Shown: positions 8,777 to 18,299 of the stretch, in pieces | How the letters are laid out: each line of letters opens with the position of its first letter | How positions within the stretch are numbered: the first letter of the stretch is position 1 | Assembly (NCBI GenBank): GCA_944322665.1 | Contig: CALUPM010000001.1 | Location: forward strand, 7,201 to 71,200 | Reading direction: 5' to 3' | DNA: 64,000 nt | DNA from: Candidatus Gastranaerophilales bacterium | Lineage (GTDB): Bacteria > Cyanobacteriota > Vampirovibrionia > Gastranaerophilales > Gastranaerophilaceae | Notes under the pieces: model-generated | Databases searched by the model: none | Told to the model about the DNA's origin: nothing | Seen by the model: the letters and a program-made list of their open reading frames with translations, nothing else | Position numbers and translations under genes: made by a program

Positions 8777-10567
8777 TTATGCATACATTCCGCTGTTGAA
8801 CGGCATCATAAACGGGTTGTTAAAACTCATCGGGTTGTAGAATATCCCGCTCATACCTCCTGTAGCCGGATTTTTTAAAGATTGAAGCATATTAAGAATA
8901 TAATCAAGTTTTGCGATTGTGTTTTGGTATTTTTCGCTGTTGCCGGTTTCTGTTTTATCATCATTTTTATCTTCTGATTTCTTATCAGGATTGTCAGCAG
9001 GTTTTGTTTCGGAAGGTTTTTCTGCTGCTTGAGGATTTTGTGCTGCTCCTGATGTTTGAGAGGCTGCCTGTTGTGCGGAATATTGTGTCTGTGCATGAGT
9101 AGTTTCATCTGAAGAAGGAGTTCCTTCAGGCTTTGTAAGTTCTCTTGACTGTGAAGCTGTGCCGAGATCCCCTTGTTGATATGCTGTTACAACATTTTTG
9201 TAAGCTTTTTTAATGTCTTTGTTTTCTGCAGGATCCTGTTCGTATCTTGCTCTAGCAGTCCGGAGAACTTCTTCCAGTACCTCATCATTCTGTTGTGCCT
9301 GCAGCGCCAGTTGTTCCGCCGGTTTGTTTGTAGTCCTGTCCTGAAGCTGGTCAAGTTCTGATTTACCGACAACTTTTTTCATAGCTTTACCGGCAAGCCA
9401 GCTTGTCAGCAAACCAACGCCAAGACCTACAACAGCTCCGATTGCAGTTCCTACACCCGGTGCAACAGAACCTAACGCTGCACCTTTAGCTGCCCATGCT
9501 GCAGCTACTGCTGCAGTGCCGACTTTGGCTCCTATTGCGTAAGCCGCAACCTGAGCACCTGCTGTTGCAACAACACGTCCTGTCTGCTTAAGTGCCATTT
9601 CTGTACCTTTGCCTTCTCCTGGTTTTACAGGGTTGCCGTTTTCGTCGACCTGATCAAAGGTTTGTTTTGTTGCAATAATTTCCGGAACAGCGAGCGCAAG
9701 ATCTAAACTTACTGCTGTCAAAGCATTTGACCTTCCGAATTTTGCAATGGTTCTTAACTTAGAAGATTTGGTAAGTGCGGTATTAACGACTTCTTTACCT
9801 TTATTGTAGCCTGTTGCTTTTTTTACTCCGTTCCATACTTTTCCGCTTTTAGAAACCGGCTTCAAACTGCCTTTTGTTTTTTCAATATGAACTTTTTGAT
9901 TAGCGTCTGCAATTGCTTTGTCAATTTCTTTCATCTTATCGGCATAATCTTTGCCTTTAAGAGTTTTAGCTTCTCCGATTAGATGTCTTACATTATCATA
10001 GTATTTTGATTGATTAAACTGATTTAAGGCTTTTTTTGCATTATTAATCTGTTTTGCAAGTTTTTTGTCTGTAAGTTCAGTTAAAAATTTTTTTGCTTCT
10101 TGTTTGCTCATCCCTTGCGATTTCATAAAATCTGCAAGTGCCTGCTGCAATTCTCTGCCTTTTTGCATTTTAGCAGTGCCTGTAAGTTTTTTGTATTCTT
10201 TTGCGAGATTTCTTATATTTTCTGCCTTCTGGAGTTTTTGCAACTCCTGAGCCGGATTGCCTGTCATCGGACGGAATCTTCTTTCAAGCTCCTGTATTTC
10301 AAGATTGCGCTGAAAATTTGTGTATGATTCTCTAAAATTTGCGCCTTTCAAACTCTGCTCTGTGGCTTTTATATTATTCCATGTTCCTTTCGGGTCTTTC
10401 ATGTCCTGAAATATTGAAGGGGCTGTTCTTGCAGCTTTTTCAATCGCAATTGTTGCCGGAATAGTGCCGGGAGTAATAATAGAAATTTCTTCTTCTTCCG
10501 GTGTAAGACCCATTGCATAACGTGTTAATAATTTTACATCACTGTTTACTTTGATGCTGTCACTCAT
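8777..10567 (-). CDS. hypothetical 596-aa protein: coiled-coil, glycine-zipper membrane core, low-complexity N/M/P/G/F tail
   Basis: Long ORF with its own promoter motif (10603-10633). Core: GRVVATAGAQVAAYAIGAKVGTAAVAAAWAAKGAALGSVAPGVGTAIGAVVGLGVGLLTSWLAGKAM. Tail: NPATGGMSGIFYNPMSFNNPFMMPFNSGMYA. Paralogous to the next gene. Confidence 0.8.
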   Translation of the reverse strand: MSDSIKVNSDVKLLTRYAMGLTPEEEEISIITPGTIPATIAIEKAARTAPSIFQDMKDPKGTWNNIKATEQSLKGANFRESYTNFQRNLEIQELERRFRPMTGNPAQELQKLQKAENIRNLAKEYKKLTGTAKMQKGRELQQALADFMKSQGMSKQEAKKFLTELTDKKLAKQINNAKKALNQFNQSKYYDNVRHLIGEAKTLKGKDYADKMKEIDKAIADANQKVHIEKTKGSLKPVSKSGKVWNGVKKATGYNKGKEVVNTALTKSSKLRTIAKFGRSNALTAVSLDLALAVPEIIATKQTFDQVDENGNPVKPGEGKGTEMALKQTGRVVATAGAQVAAYAIGAKVGTAAVAAAWAAKGAALGSVAPGVGTAIGAVVGLGVGLLTSWLAGKAMKKVVGKSELDQLQDRTTNKPAEQLALQAQQNDEVLEEVLRTARARYEQDPAENKDIKKAYKNVVTAYQQGDLGTASQSRELTKPEGTPSSDETTHAQTQYSAQQAASQTSGAAQNPQAAEKPSETKPADNPDKKSEDKNDDKTETGNSEKYQNTIAKLDYILNMLQSLKNPATGGMSGIFYNPMSFNNPFMMPFNSGMYA

Positions 10568-10602
10568 AACTTTTCCTCTAAGATTTTTCCCCTGTTTATA
10601 TT

Positions 10603-10633
10603 TATATAAAGTGTTTTGTTTAAGAAAAATTGC
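10603..10633 (-). promoter_or_regulatory. shared motif copy: GCAAT-N18-TTTATATA upstream of 8777..10567
   Basis: Read on the minus strand. The box ends 35 nt before the ATG. Confidence 0.55.
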
Positions 10634-10646
10634 TTTAAAACGTGAA

Positions 10647-10685
10647 AAAGTACTAAGTTTTGTTAAGAACTTAGTACTTTCATCC
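10647..10685 (-). terminator. 13-bp-arm perfect hairpin separating the two Gly-zipper paralogues
   Basis: AAAGTACTAAGTT-N8-AACTTAGTACTTT, followed by a T-run on the minus strand. Confidence 0.7.
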
Positions 10686-10714
10686 CTAGGGTTGCAGGGG
10701 ATTTGGAGTTAAAC

Positions 10715-11551
10715 CTACATAAGGGTATTGAAATTACCGTAAGGGTTCGTGATATTGCCGCCTGTTAAATTCATATTGTTATTCTGTCCCGAAGCCTGCA
10801 TATAAGCCTGCTGGAGTTTTTGAAATTCTTCGTCATTTGCAAAACTGCCTCCGCCGTACGGGATTGTTGATGTATCTATTGTGAACGGGTTGTTTGAGCC
10901 TCCTGCAGCGGCTTGTTCTGTGGCTTTCTTTTCTGTGTATGATTTTCCTACGATGAATCTGCCAAGAAAATCACCTGCAACAAAGCCTACCATACCGCCT
11001 AAGAACGGAATTGGAATTATTGCCTGTGTAATTGCGCCCAGAAGCGTGCTGATACCCAGCCTTACGCCTGTTTTGGCAGTTTCTCCGGCTCCGGTCAGAA
11101 CCCCTTCATTTGCAGTTGCTTTTATTATGTTCGGCAGTTCAAACGCAAGAGTAAGTGCAGCTCCTATAAGCGGCATTCTTTTACCTAGAACTTTCCCGAC
11201 ACTTCCGAGTCTTGCCAGAAATTTTGATTTATTTGCGGTTTTTGCGGTTTCGCCGGCAGCTTTCCAGCCGTCTCTTAAATCAGGCCAGATGCTTGTGATA
11301 CTCTTTTTAGTTGCTTGCCAGAAGGAGCCGTTGTTTTCACTCAGCAGTTGTTGATGGGCTGTTGCTGCAGCTGTATTCCCCGCTTTAAATGCACCGGTAA
11401 ACCTGTCTTTAAATTTAAGAGCTTTGCCGGCTTCCCAACTTTTCCGGAACCCTTCGGAGTATGTATCAAATCCTGTTCCGAAAACAACGTAAGGATACAT
11501 TTTTGTGTATTTCCAAGCTGTACCTAAAGCACTATCTACAGTCACAGTCAT
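10715..11551 (-). CDS. hypothetical 278-aa paralogue of 8777..10567 (glycine-zipper core, N/G/P-rich tail)
   Basis: Shares LAFELPNIIKAT / LALAVPEIIAT and FLGRFIVGKS / LAGKAMKKVVGKS with its neighbour. Start moved to ATG 11551 (MTVTVDSAL, AGGT RBS) because the shared promoter motif (11585-11615) lies inside the longer track ORF. Confidence 0.75.
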   Translation of the reverse strand: MTVTVDSALGTAWKYTKMYPYVVFGTGFDTYSEGFRKSWEAGKALKFKDRFTGAFKAGNTAAATAHQQLLSENNGSFWQATKKSITSIWPDLRDGWKAAGETAKTANKSKFLARLGSVGKVLGKRMPLIGAALTLAFELPNIIKATANEGVLTGAGETAKTGVRLGISTLLGAITQAIIPIPFLGGMVGFVAGDFLGRFIVGKSYTEKKATEQAAAGGSNNPFTIDTSTIPYGGGSFANDEEFQKLQQAYMQASGQNNNMNLTGGNITNPYGNFNTLM

Positions 11552-11584
11552 TTTAAACCTACCTGTTTTAAACCTAACCTTACT

Positions 11585-11615
11585 TATATAAAATATTTTG
11601 CCTGATGAAAATTGC
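11585..11615 (-). promoter_or_regulatory. shared motif copy: GCAAT-N18-TTTATATA upstream of 10715..11551
   Basis: The box ends 33 nt before ATG 11551. It shares the extended ATGCGCAAT with the 24160-24190 copy. Confidence 0.55.
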
Positions 11616-11659
11616 GCATTCAAAAGTTTTTGTTACGAAATGTTACAAAGCCTGCGATA

Positions 11660-11688
11660 TTTACAAACAGGCATAAGCGCTGTATAAT
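11660..11688 (+). promoter_or_regulatory. sigma70-type promoter TTTACA-N17-TATAAT ending 6 nt before ATG 11695 (leaderless prediction)
   Basis: Direct reading. Confidence 0.45.
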
Positions 11689-11694
11689 TAAGCT

Positions 11695-11898
11695 ATGTAC
11701 AGCAAAAATTCAAAAGTTTTTATAGAAGACGATGATTTATGCATAACCTGCGAAAACTATGTAAAGGAGATAGATTGCCCGCTGTTGGCGGCGCTTGCTC
11801 TCGGGGATGTTTTTCTTGAAGATTCCCTGCAGGTTACAAGCTGCGGATTTTACAGAGAGTTTAAGAGAAATTTGCGTATTGTGAAAGGCGATGAATAA
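11695..11898 (+). CDS. hypothetical small Cys-containing protein (67 aa), coupled to the icd-like gene
   Basis: Contains CITC...C...C. Its TAA overlaps the icd ATG (ATGAATAA). TTTACA-N17-TATAAT ends 6 nt before the ATG, which predicts a leaderless mRNA. Confidence 0.45.
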   Translation: MYSKNSKVFIEDDDLCITCENYVKEIDCPLLAALALGDVFLEDSLQVTSCGFYREFKRNLRIVKGDE

Positions 11899-12892
11899 AG
11901 TGCATAATATTACATTGATTAACGGTGACGGAATAGGGCCTGAAATTAGCGACGCTGTTGTGAAAATTATAGAAGCATCAGGTTTAAAAATTAACTGGGA
12001 TTTGCAGACAGCAGGTGAAGATGTCATTGAAAAAGAGGGTGTTCCGCTTCCTCAGCGTGTTTTAAATTCAATACGCAAAAATCAGATCGCTCTGAAAGCA
12101 CCTGTGACAACACCCATCGGAAAAGGATTCAGGTCTGTAAATGTGCAGTTAAGAAAAGAGCTTGATTTGTATGCAAACCTCAGACCCTGCAAAAATCTTC
12201 CGAATGTAAAAACCAGATTTGATAATGTTGATATCGTGGTTGTAAGAGAGAATACAGAAGATTTGTACGCCGGAATTGAGCGGCAGGTTGATGCGAATAC
12301 CGCGGAGAGTATAAAAATTATTACGCGCAGCGCAACTGAAAGAATTTGCAAATTTGCGTTTGATTATGCCGTTAAAAACAACCGTAAAGAAGTCTGTGTT
12401 GTTACAAAAGCAAACATTATGAAGCTTTCTGACGGGTTGTTTTTAGATACTTACCGCAGTATTGCTGAAAATTATCCTCAGATAAAACCGCGGGAAATTC
12501 TTGTCGATAACCTTTGCATGCAGCTTGTACAAAAGCCTGAACAGTTTGATGTTCTTGTATTGCCGAATTTGTACGGCGATATAGTATCAGACCTTTGCGC
12601 GGGGCTAATCGGAGGTTTAGGCATTGCGCAGGGTGCAAATATCGGTGAAAATTGCGCTGTCTTTGAACCTGTTCACGGCTCGGCACCTGACATAAAAGGT
12701 CAAAATAAAGCAAATCCTGCAGCACTTCTGCTTTCTGCAATAGAGATGCTCAAATACATCGGCGAAAATCTGTATGCGCAAAAAATTGAAAACGCATTAT
12801 TTTATACCCTTAAAAGCGGGAAATGCACGGCTGACTTAGGCGGGACTCTCGGCACAAAAGAGTTTGCGGATGAAATAATTACAAATCTTTAA
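11891..12892 (+). CDS. icd: NAD-dependent isocitrate dehydrogenase (isocitrate/isopropylmalate dehydrogenase family)
   Basis: ITLINGDGIGPEI, NVQLRKELDLYANLRPC, NLYGDIVSDL, HGSAPDI motifs. 333 aa, typical of IDH3-like enzymes. Substrate is assigned by resemblance only. Confidence 0.85.
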   Translation: MNKVHNITLINGDGIGPEISDAVVKIIEASGLKINWDLQTAGEDVIEKEGVPLPQRVLNSIRKNQIALKAPVTTPIGKGFRSVNVQLRKELDLYANLRPCKNLPNVKTRFDNVDIVVVRENTEDLYAGIERQVDANTAESIKIITRSATERICKFAFDYAVKNNRKEVCVVTKANIMKLSDGLFLDTYRSIAENYPQIKPREILVDNLCMQLVQKPEQFDVLVLPNLYGDIVSDLCAGLIGGLGIAQGANIGENCAVFEPVHGSAPDIKGQNKANPAALLLSAIEMLKYIGENLYAQKIENALFYTLKSGKCTADLGGTLGTKEFADEIITNL

Positions 12893-12923
12893 TTATCCGG
12901 AATTTTTAAATAATTCTGAGAGT

Positions 12924-13256
12924 TTAAATAAGTCCTAAATCCCGCAAAAAACGCTGGTTGTCCGCAAGTTCCGCAAGTTTTTCATCCTCGAACGGGTCAA
13001 CAATCTTGCCCTGCTTAATCATTTCCTGAGTCATTTCTATGTGCGAGGTGTTTTCAGGATCGGAAAGTACAAGTTTTGAAAAGTTTTTGATGTCGCATTT
13101 TTTCTCAAACATTTCAACAGCGCGCTTTGATAGTTCATCAAGAAATTCGTTTTTATTATCTTCTGACTCAAGCACAACCGGATTTAGCATTCCCTGAACC
13201 GCTTTTTGCTTTCTTTGATTATCAAATTTAGAAACCAGTTTTCTGAACATCTGCAT
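12924..13256 (-). CDS. hypothetical protein (about 110 aa)
   Basis: ORF behind AGGGGGA. Start chosen at the second ATG (MQMFRKL). No family recognised. Confidence 0.5.
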   Translation of the reverse strand: MQMFRKLVSKFDNQRKQKAVQGMLNPVVLESEDNKNEFLDELSKRAVEMFEKKCDIKNFSKLVLSDPENTSHIEMTQEMIKQGKIVDPFEDEKLAELADNQRFLRDLGLI

Positions 13257-13403
13257 ACACATTCCCCCTATACATATTATGCACTTTTTTTGCTGGAATG
13301 CAATCATTCTTAAGATTTAGCTAAAGATTGATTAAATCTTGATTATAATATGTCTTTAAATTATAATATTTTTGCTGAAAAAATAAGATGAAAGAGGTCT
13401 GAA

Positions 13404-14669
13404 ATGCTTGATATTAAACTAATTCGTGAAAACCCGGAAAAAATAAACGAACTTTTAAAAAGAAGAAACCCCGAACTTTCAATAGACGAAGTTATTAAGA
13501 TTGATGAAGAAAGACGTAAAATTCAGACGCAGGCTGACGAATTAAGAGCCAAACGCAAAAAAGATTCGCAAATGATAGGCGAATTGAAGAAAAAAGGCGA
13601 AAATACAGACGCCGTGCAGGAAGAAGTTCGTAAAATCGGCGACGATATAAAAGAACTTGAAGAAAAGCAAACAGAACTTGACGAAAAACAACGCAATATT
13701 CTTTTGCATATTCCGAATATTCCGGACGAAACAACACCAATCGGGGCATCAGAAGATGACAATGTTGAGGTTTACAAATGGGGCGAGCCGAGAAAATTTG
13801 ATTTTGAATTTAAACCGCACTGGGATTTGTGCGAAGAAAAAGGGCTTGTTGACTTTGAGCGCGGAGTAAAGCTTTCGCAGAGCCGCTTTACACTATACAG
13901 AGGCAAAGGTGCAAAACTTGAAAGGGCAATCATTAACTTTTTCCTTGATTATCACTGCGGAGAGCAGGGATATGAGGAAATCCTGCCGCCTTTTATGGCA
14001 AACGCTGCCACTATGACAGGCACAGGACAGCTGCCGAAGTTTGCGGAAGATATGTACAAATGCGTTGATGAAGACCTTTATCTTATTCCGACTGCAGAAG
14101 TTCCGGTGACAAACATATATGCAGGCGAAATCTTGAGCGAAGATGATCTTCCAAAATATATGACCGCCTACACTCCGTGCTTCCGCCGTGAAGCAGGGTC
14201 TGCAGGAAAAGACACCAGAGGATTAATACGTGTTCACCAGTTTAATAAAGTTGAACTTGTTAAGCTTACTACACCTGAAACGAGTAAAGACGAACACGAA
14301 AAATTAACCGAAGACGCGGAAAAGATGCTTCAGTTGTTAGAACTTCCTTACCGCAGAGAAGCTCTCTGCACGGCTGACATCGGATTTTCAGCAAACAAAT
14401 GCTGGGATCTGGAAGTCTGGATGCCGTCTTACGGTACTTATAAAGAAATTTCAAGCTGCTCAAATTACGGCGACTATCAGGCTAGACGCGCAAACATCCG
14501 CTACAGAGAAAAAGCTACAGGCAAAACTAGACTTGTTCATACTATAAACGGCTCAGGGCTTGCCGTCGGAAGAACTTTTGCGGCAATTGTCGAAAATTAC
14601 CAGCAAAAAGACGGAACAATTATAATTCCTGAAGTTTTAAGAAAATATACAGGATTTGATAAAATATAA
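13404..14669 (+). CDS. serS: seryl-tRNA synthetase
   Basis: N-terminal coiled-coil arm plus class II motifs ([30 protein letters not shown]). Confidence 0.95.
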   Translation: MLDIKLIRENPEKINELLKRRNPELSIDEVIKIDEERRKIQTQADELRAKRKKDSQMIGELKKKGENTDAVQEEVRKIGDDIKELEEKQTELDEKQRNILLHIPNIPDETTPIGASEDDNVEVYKWGEPRKFDFEFKPHWDLCEEKGLVDFERGVKLSQSRFTLYRGKGAKLERAIINFFLDYHCGEQGYEEILPPFMANAATMTGTGQLPKFAEDMYKCVDEDLYLIPTAEVPVTNIYAGEILSEDDLPKYMTAYTPCFRREAGSAGKDTRGLIRVHQFNKVELVKLTTPETSKDEHEKLTEDAEKMLQLLELPYRREALCTADIGFSANKCWDLEVWMPSYGTYKEISSCSNYGDYQARRANIRYREKATGKTRLVHTINGSGLAVGRTFAAIVENYQQKDGTIIIPEVLRKYTGFDKI

Positions 14670-14676
14670 TAAAAAT

Positions 14677-14699
14677 GCTCCCGAAGAGGGAGCTTTTTA
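14677..14699 (+). terminator. intrinsic terminator after serS
   Basis: GCTCCC-GAAGA-GGGAGC followed by TTTTT. Confidence 0.8.
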
Positions 14700-14729
14700 T
14701 TGTCTTTATTTCTTGCGAATAAAATATGT

Positions 14730-15068
14730 TTACTTATTTAGTTTGCTCAGATATTTGTCCGCCTTTTTACAGCATTTTTCAAGAAATTTTATCGGGCTTC
14801 CGAAAGCCATGTTATAGTAGCTGTCTGCAAGACATTCGTAAATGTGATTTTTATCATTACGAATTTCTGCCGTTAATGTACGTATATTACAACAATCAAT
14901 ATCTATTGATACAGGGTTTGAAGCCTGGGAGTCCTGAAGTTTTTGCATTCTTGTTATTTCGTTATCTTTTAAAAGCGGCTTTTTTAAAAGATTTTTAGCT
15001 TCTTTTGTGAATCTCATACTCATTCCGAAATTCTGGTTTTGCTGATGCGTATTTAAATTTACCTGCAT
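14730..15068 (-). CDS. hypothetical protein (112 aa)
   Basis: ORF with AAGGAG RBS. No family recognised. Confidence 0.5.
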   Translation of the reverse strand: MQVNLNTHQQNQNFGMSMRFTKEAKNLLKKPLLKDNEITRMQKLQDSQASNPVSIDIDCCNIRTLTAEIRNDKNHIYECLADSYYNMAFGSPIKFLEKCCKKADKYLSKLNK

Positions 15069-15214
15069 TTTATTCTCCTTTTGTTATTATTGTGCAGCTG
15101 ATATTTTAATTAAAATACGTAAAAATATTTTTTGCCTTAAATTATGTAATAATTTTACAAATATTCATTTTTAGGGCATAATAAGTATGGAAAAAGCTTT
15201 TTTAAAGGATTAAG

Positions 15215-17500
15215 ATGAACGAATTTCCTTTTGAACTGGATGACTTTCAAAAAGAAGCCTGTAATTTTATAGATGATGGCAAAAGTGTGGTAGTCTGCGC
15301 GCCGACAGGTGCCGGAAAAACCGTAATAGCCGAACACGCAATTCATAGAGCACTTGAAAACGGCGCAAGAGTTTTTTACACAACCCCTCTGAAAGCGCTT
15401 TCAAATCAAAAGTTTTATGATTTTGCCGGAAAATTCGGTCAGGATAATGTCGGGCTTTTGACCGGAGATACTTCAATCAATCGTAATGCACAGATTGTCG
15501 TTATGACAACGGAAGTTTTCAGAAATATGCTCTATGGCACAAACTTCGGTGCAGTTGCGGATAATATGAAGGATGTAAGGTATGTTGTGCTTGATGAAGT
15601 TCATTATATGAACGACGAGCAGCGCGGAACTGTCTGGGAAGAAAGTATAATTTACTGCCCGACGAATGTCCAGATTATAGCGCTTTCGGCAACCGTTGCA
15701 AACGCGGATGAACTTACAGACTGGATAAATACAGTTCACTCTAAAACAGAGCTTGTAAATACGGATTTTCGTCCTGTGCCTTTGAAATTCTACTATTTTG
15801 ACAGTTCACAGCCGGATAAACTTCTTCCGCTTTTGACGCCTTCGGGTGCTCTTAATAACCGGATTAAACCTGAGCGCAGGAAGTTTGCGCACGGAAAATT
15901 GAAGCAAAAGTCTTATGTAAAAGAAGTTGTGAGAAATCTTCAGGAAAAAGATATGCTTCCCGCTATCTATTTCACATTTTCACGGCGAAAATGCGACGAA
16001 CAAATGGAAAAATGCGCGGGATTAGAGCTTGTAACGCCTTCAGAGCGTGCACAAATCCGGCAGTTTATTGATGATTACATTGCGGAAAATCCGTACCTTT
16101 ATAACAACAAGCATATTGAATATCTTCTCTGCGGAGTTGCCTCGCACCACGCAGGGCTTCTTCCGTCGTGGAAACTTCTGGTTGAAAAACTTTTCCAGAA
16201 AGGGCTTATAAAAGTTGTTTTTGCAACGGAAACTCTAGCCGCAGGTATAAATATGCCCGCACGTTCTACAGTCATAAGCTCTACAAGCAAACGCACGGAC
16301 AGCGGCCACCGTATGCTGACAGCCAGCGAATTTTTACAGATGTCAGGGCGCGCCGGCCGACGTGGAATGGATGAAGTCGGATACGTTACAATTGTCGGAA
16401 CTCCTTTCCAGTCACCGGAAGAAGTGGCAGAACTGGTTTTGAGTGATGCTAATCCTCTTGAAAGCCGTTTTTCGCCGAGCTATTCTATGGTCTTGAACCT
16501 CCTTCAGCGCTTCAGCCTCGATGAAGCTAAAGAATTAATACTCAAAAGTTTCGGGTATTTTTCAACAGGCACAAGGCTTCATCCTATTTTAAAACAAATA
16601 GAAATGAACAATCGTGAAATTGCTGAAAGAACTTTTGCCTGTCCTTACAAATATTCAGATGGAAATTTAATCGAATACGACAAAATCCGCAATATTTATG
16701 TCCAGAATCGCCAGACCTACAAAAAAATCTGCAAGCAGGAAAAAGCCAAAAATCGGCCGCTTTCTCCCGAAGCCGTTCAATTCGGGCGCGAAACTAAAGC
16801 AATGCTTGCCAAAATGCACGAATTCCACTGTGATATCTGCAAGCTTTACAAAAAACATTCTAAAAACATTGAAGTTATTGAACGTTTGAATATAAAACAG
16901 AAAAAACTTGAAAAAGAGGTTGAAAAACAGCGTGACATTTTCTGGAACAAGTTTCTGGCACACAGAAGTGTGCTGATTGATTTCGGATATCTTGAAAATG
17001 ATTATCCGACGCCTAAAGGAATTACAACGTCGCAAATCCGCTCTGAAAATGAACTTTATATAGCCGAAATTATATTTTCCGGCATTTTGGAAAATCTGAC
17101 CCCTTCTCAATTATCAGCAGTAATTTGCGCAGTTGTGACAGAAGATTTGAGAATTGAAATCCCTTATATTCCGTTCTCAGAGCCTGTCAGAAAAACACTT
17201 AATCTCATACGCAACATCCGCCGCAAAATTGAAAAAGTTCAAAATAACCGTGATGTAGATGCTCCTTTGTACATAAATCCTTATTTCTCATCTCTTATTG
17301 AACTCTGGGTTGAAGGAGCGGAATGGGAGTCAATCTGCGGACAGATTGATATCGGCGAAGGCGATATTGTAAGAGCTTTCAAGCGTGTAGTCGATGTTTT
17401 AAGGCAATTCACTACAATAGAAAATGTCCCTGAGGCACTTGTTTTTACTGCCAGAGAGGCTATCGACAAAATTCAAAGAGAACCTGTTGATCTTGATTAA
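15215..17500 (+). CDS. Ski2/HelY-like DEVH-box superfamily II RNA helicase
   Basis: APTGAGKT, DEVH, SAT, QMSGRAGRRG motifs. The C-terminal region resembles a DSHCT domain. Confidence 0.88.
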   Translation: MNEFPFELDDFQKEACNFIDDGKSVVVCAPTGAGKTVIAEHAIHRALENGARVFYTTPLKALSNQKFYDFAGKFGQDNVGLLTGDTSINRNAQIVVMTTEVFRNMLYGTNFGAVADNMKDVRYVVLDEVHYMNDEQRGTVWEESIIYCPTNVQIIALSATVANADELTDWINTVHSKTELVNTDFRPVPLKFYYFDSSQPDKLLPLLTPSGALNNRIKPERRKFAHGKLKQKSYVKEVVRNLQEKDMLPAIYFTFSRRKCDEQMEKCAGLELVTPSERAQIRQFIDDYIAENPYLYNNKHIEYLLCGVASHHAGLLPSWKLLVEKLFQKGLIKVVFATETLAAGINMPARSTVISSTSKRTDSGHRMLTASEFLQMSGRAGRRGMDEVGYVTIVGTPFQSPEEVAELVLSDANPLESRFSPSYSMVLNLLQRFSLDEAKELILKSFGYFSTGTRLHPILKQIEMNNREIAERTFACPYKYSDGNLIEYDKIRNIYVQNRQTYKKICKQEKAKNRPLSPEAVQFGRETKAMLAKMHEFHCDICKLYKKHSKNIEVIERLNIKQKKLEKEVEKQRDIFWNKFLAHRSVLIDFGYLENDYPTPKGITTSQIRSENELYIAEIIFSGILENLTPSQLSAVICAVVTEDLRIEIPYIPFSEPVRKTLNLIRNIRRKIEKVQNNRDVDAPLYINPYFSSLIELWVEGAEWESICGQIDIGEGDIVRAFKRVVDVLRQFTTIENVPEALVFTAREAIDKIQREPVDLD

Positions 17501-17513
17501 GTAGGAGTGAAAA

Positions 17514-18089
17514 ATGGAAGAAGAATTTAATATGCAAACTCAATCTGATGAAATAACCGGAAAATTAAGCGGGATTTTGCAGCAGGGTTACAATCCTGAC
17601 AGCAGCAAGTTGTGTTTCCCGTCCGCACCGATCTGGAAAATTGCATATTTAAGCATTATATCCTTTGGAATTTATGAAATAATCTACTTTTATATAATGT
17701 GGAAAACTCTGAAAAATAATTTCGGCTATAAAGTGCACGCAGGTGCAAGAGGCTTGTTTGCGTGTATTACGAACTTTTGGCTCTTCCCGATTCTGGAAAA
17801 ATATTTCAGCGCATTAGGCGAAAAAAAATTCATCGGAATTTTAGCAGCCTGTTTATATTTTATCATTAATTTTTCATCTAACCTGCCGGATTATTACTGG
17901 TTAATATCATTCGGCACTATTGCTTTCCCTGTATATATACAGATAAAGCTTAACAGGATAAACAAGAATAATTTTCCTGATGCTCCGCACAACAACTGGA
18001 GCACTGCAAATACAATCTGGGCAATTCTTTTAACCCCGCTCTTTTTACTTTGTGTGCTCAGCGTAATTGCGGAGTTTTCAAGTAAATAA
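17514..18089 (+). CDS. hypothetical integral membrane protein
   Basis: Several TM segments and AGGAG RBS, 13 nt after the helicase stop. Weak DUF4234-like feel (GIYEIIYFYIMWKTL). Confidence 0.55.
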   Translation: MEEEFNMQTQSDEITGKLSGILQQGYNPDSSKLCFPSAPIWKIAYLSIISFGIYEIIYFYIMWKTLKNNFGYKVHAGARGLFACITNFWLFPILEKYFSALGEKKFIGILAACLYFIINFSSNLPDYYWLISFGTIAFPVYIQIKLNRINKNNFPDAPHNNWSTANTIWAILLTPLFLLCVLSVIAEFSSK

Positions 18090-18148
18090 GTGTAAAATTG
18101 CCTCTATTTAGTTTTGTAAAAACTTTGTTGCTTTTGCAACAAAGAATA

Positions 18149-18177
18149 TTGAGAAATATGTAAATTTATGTTACAAT
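18149..18177 (+). promoter_or_regulatory. sigma70-type promoter TTGAGA-N17-TACAAT with TGn extension
   Basis: Direct reading. Followed by a leader of about 120 nt before ATG 18300. Confidence 0.5.
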
Positions 18178-18299
18178 GATAGTAGAGGGGCGTTAAATGC
18201 CCTCAAAGTGGTTTTTTATACACCCCTTGACGAGTGTTATTCCCCGCACCACTCTTTAATAAAAAAGGTATCCGTTACTTCAACCAGTGAGGTCGACCT

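Noticed and set aside
8777-10567. Phage tape-measure protein / prophage remnant
   Set aside because: Coiled coil plus a hydrophobic Gly-rich segment is reminiscent of tape measures. However, no other phage-like gene, integrase or att-like repeat is nearby, and the flanks are housekeeping genes.
10715-11623. Longer N-terminal extensions offered by the ORF track (10715..11623, 31353..32492, 57216..57644, 46200..47612, 5744, 8562, 35502)
   Set aside because: Internal ATGs with proper SD sequences and family-typical N-termini are better supported. In the first case a promoter motif lies inside the extension, and in the second the extension is the 3' part of kdgK.
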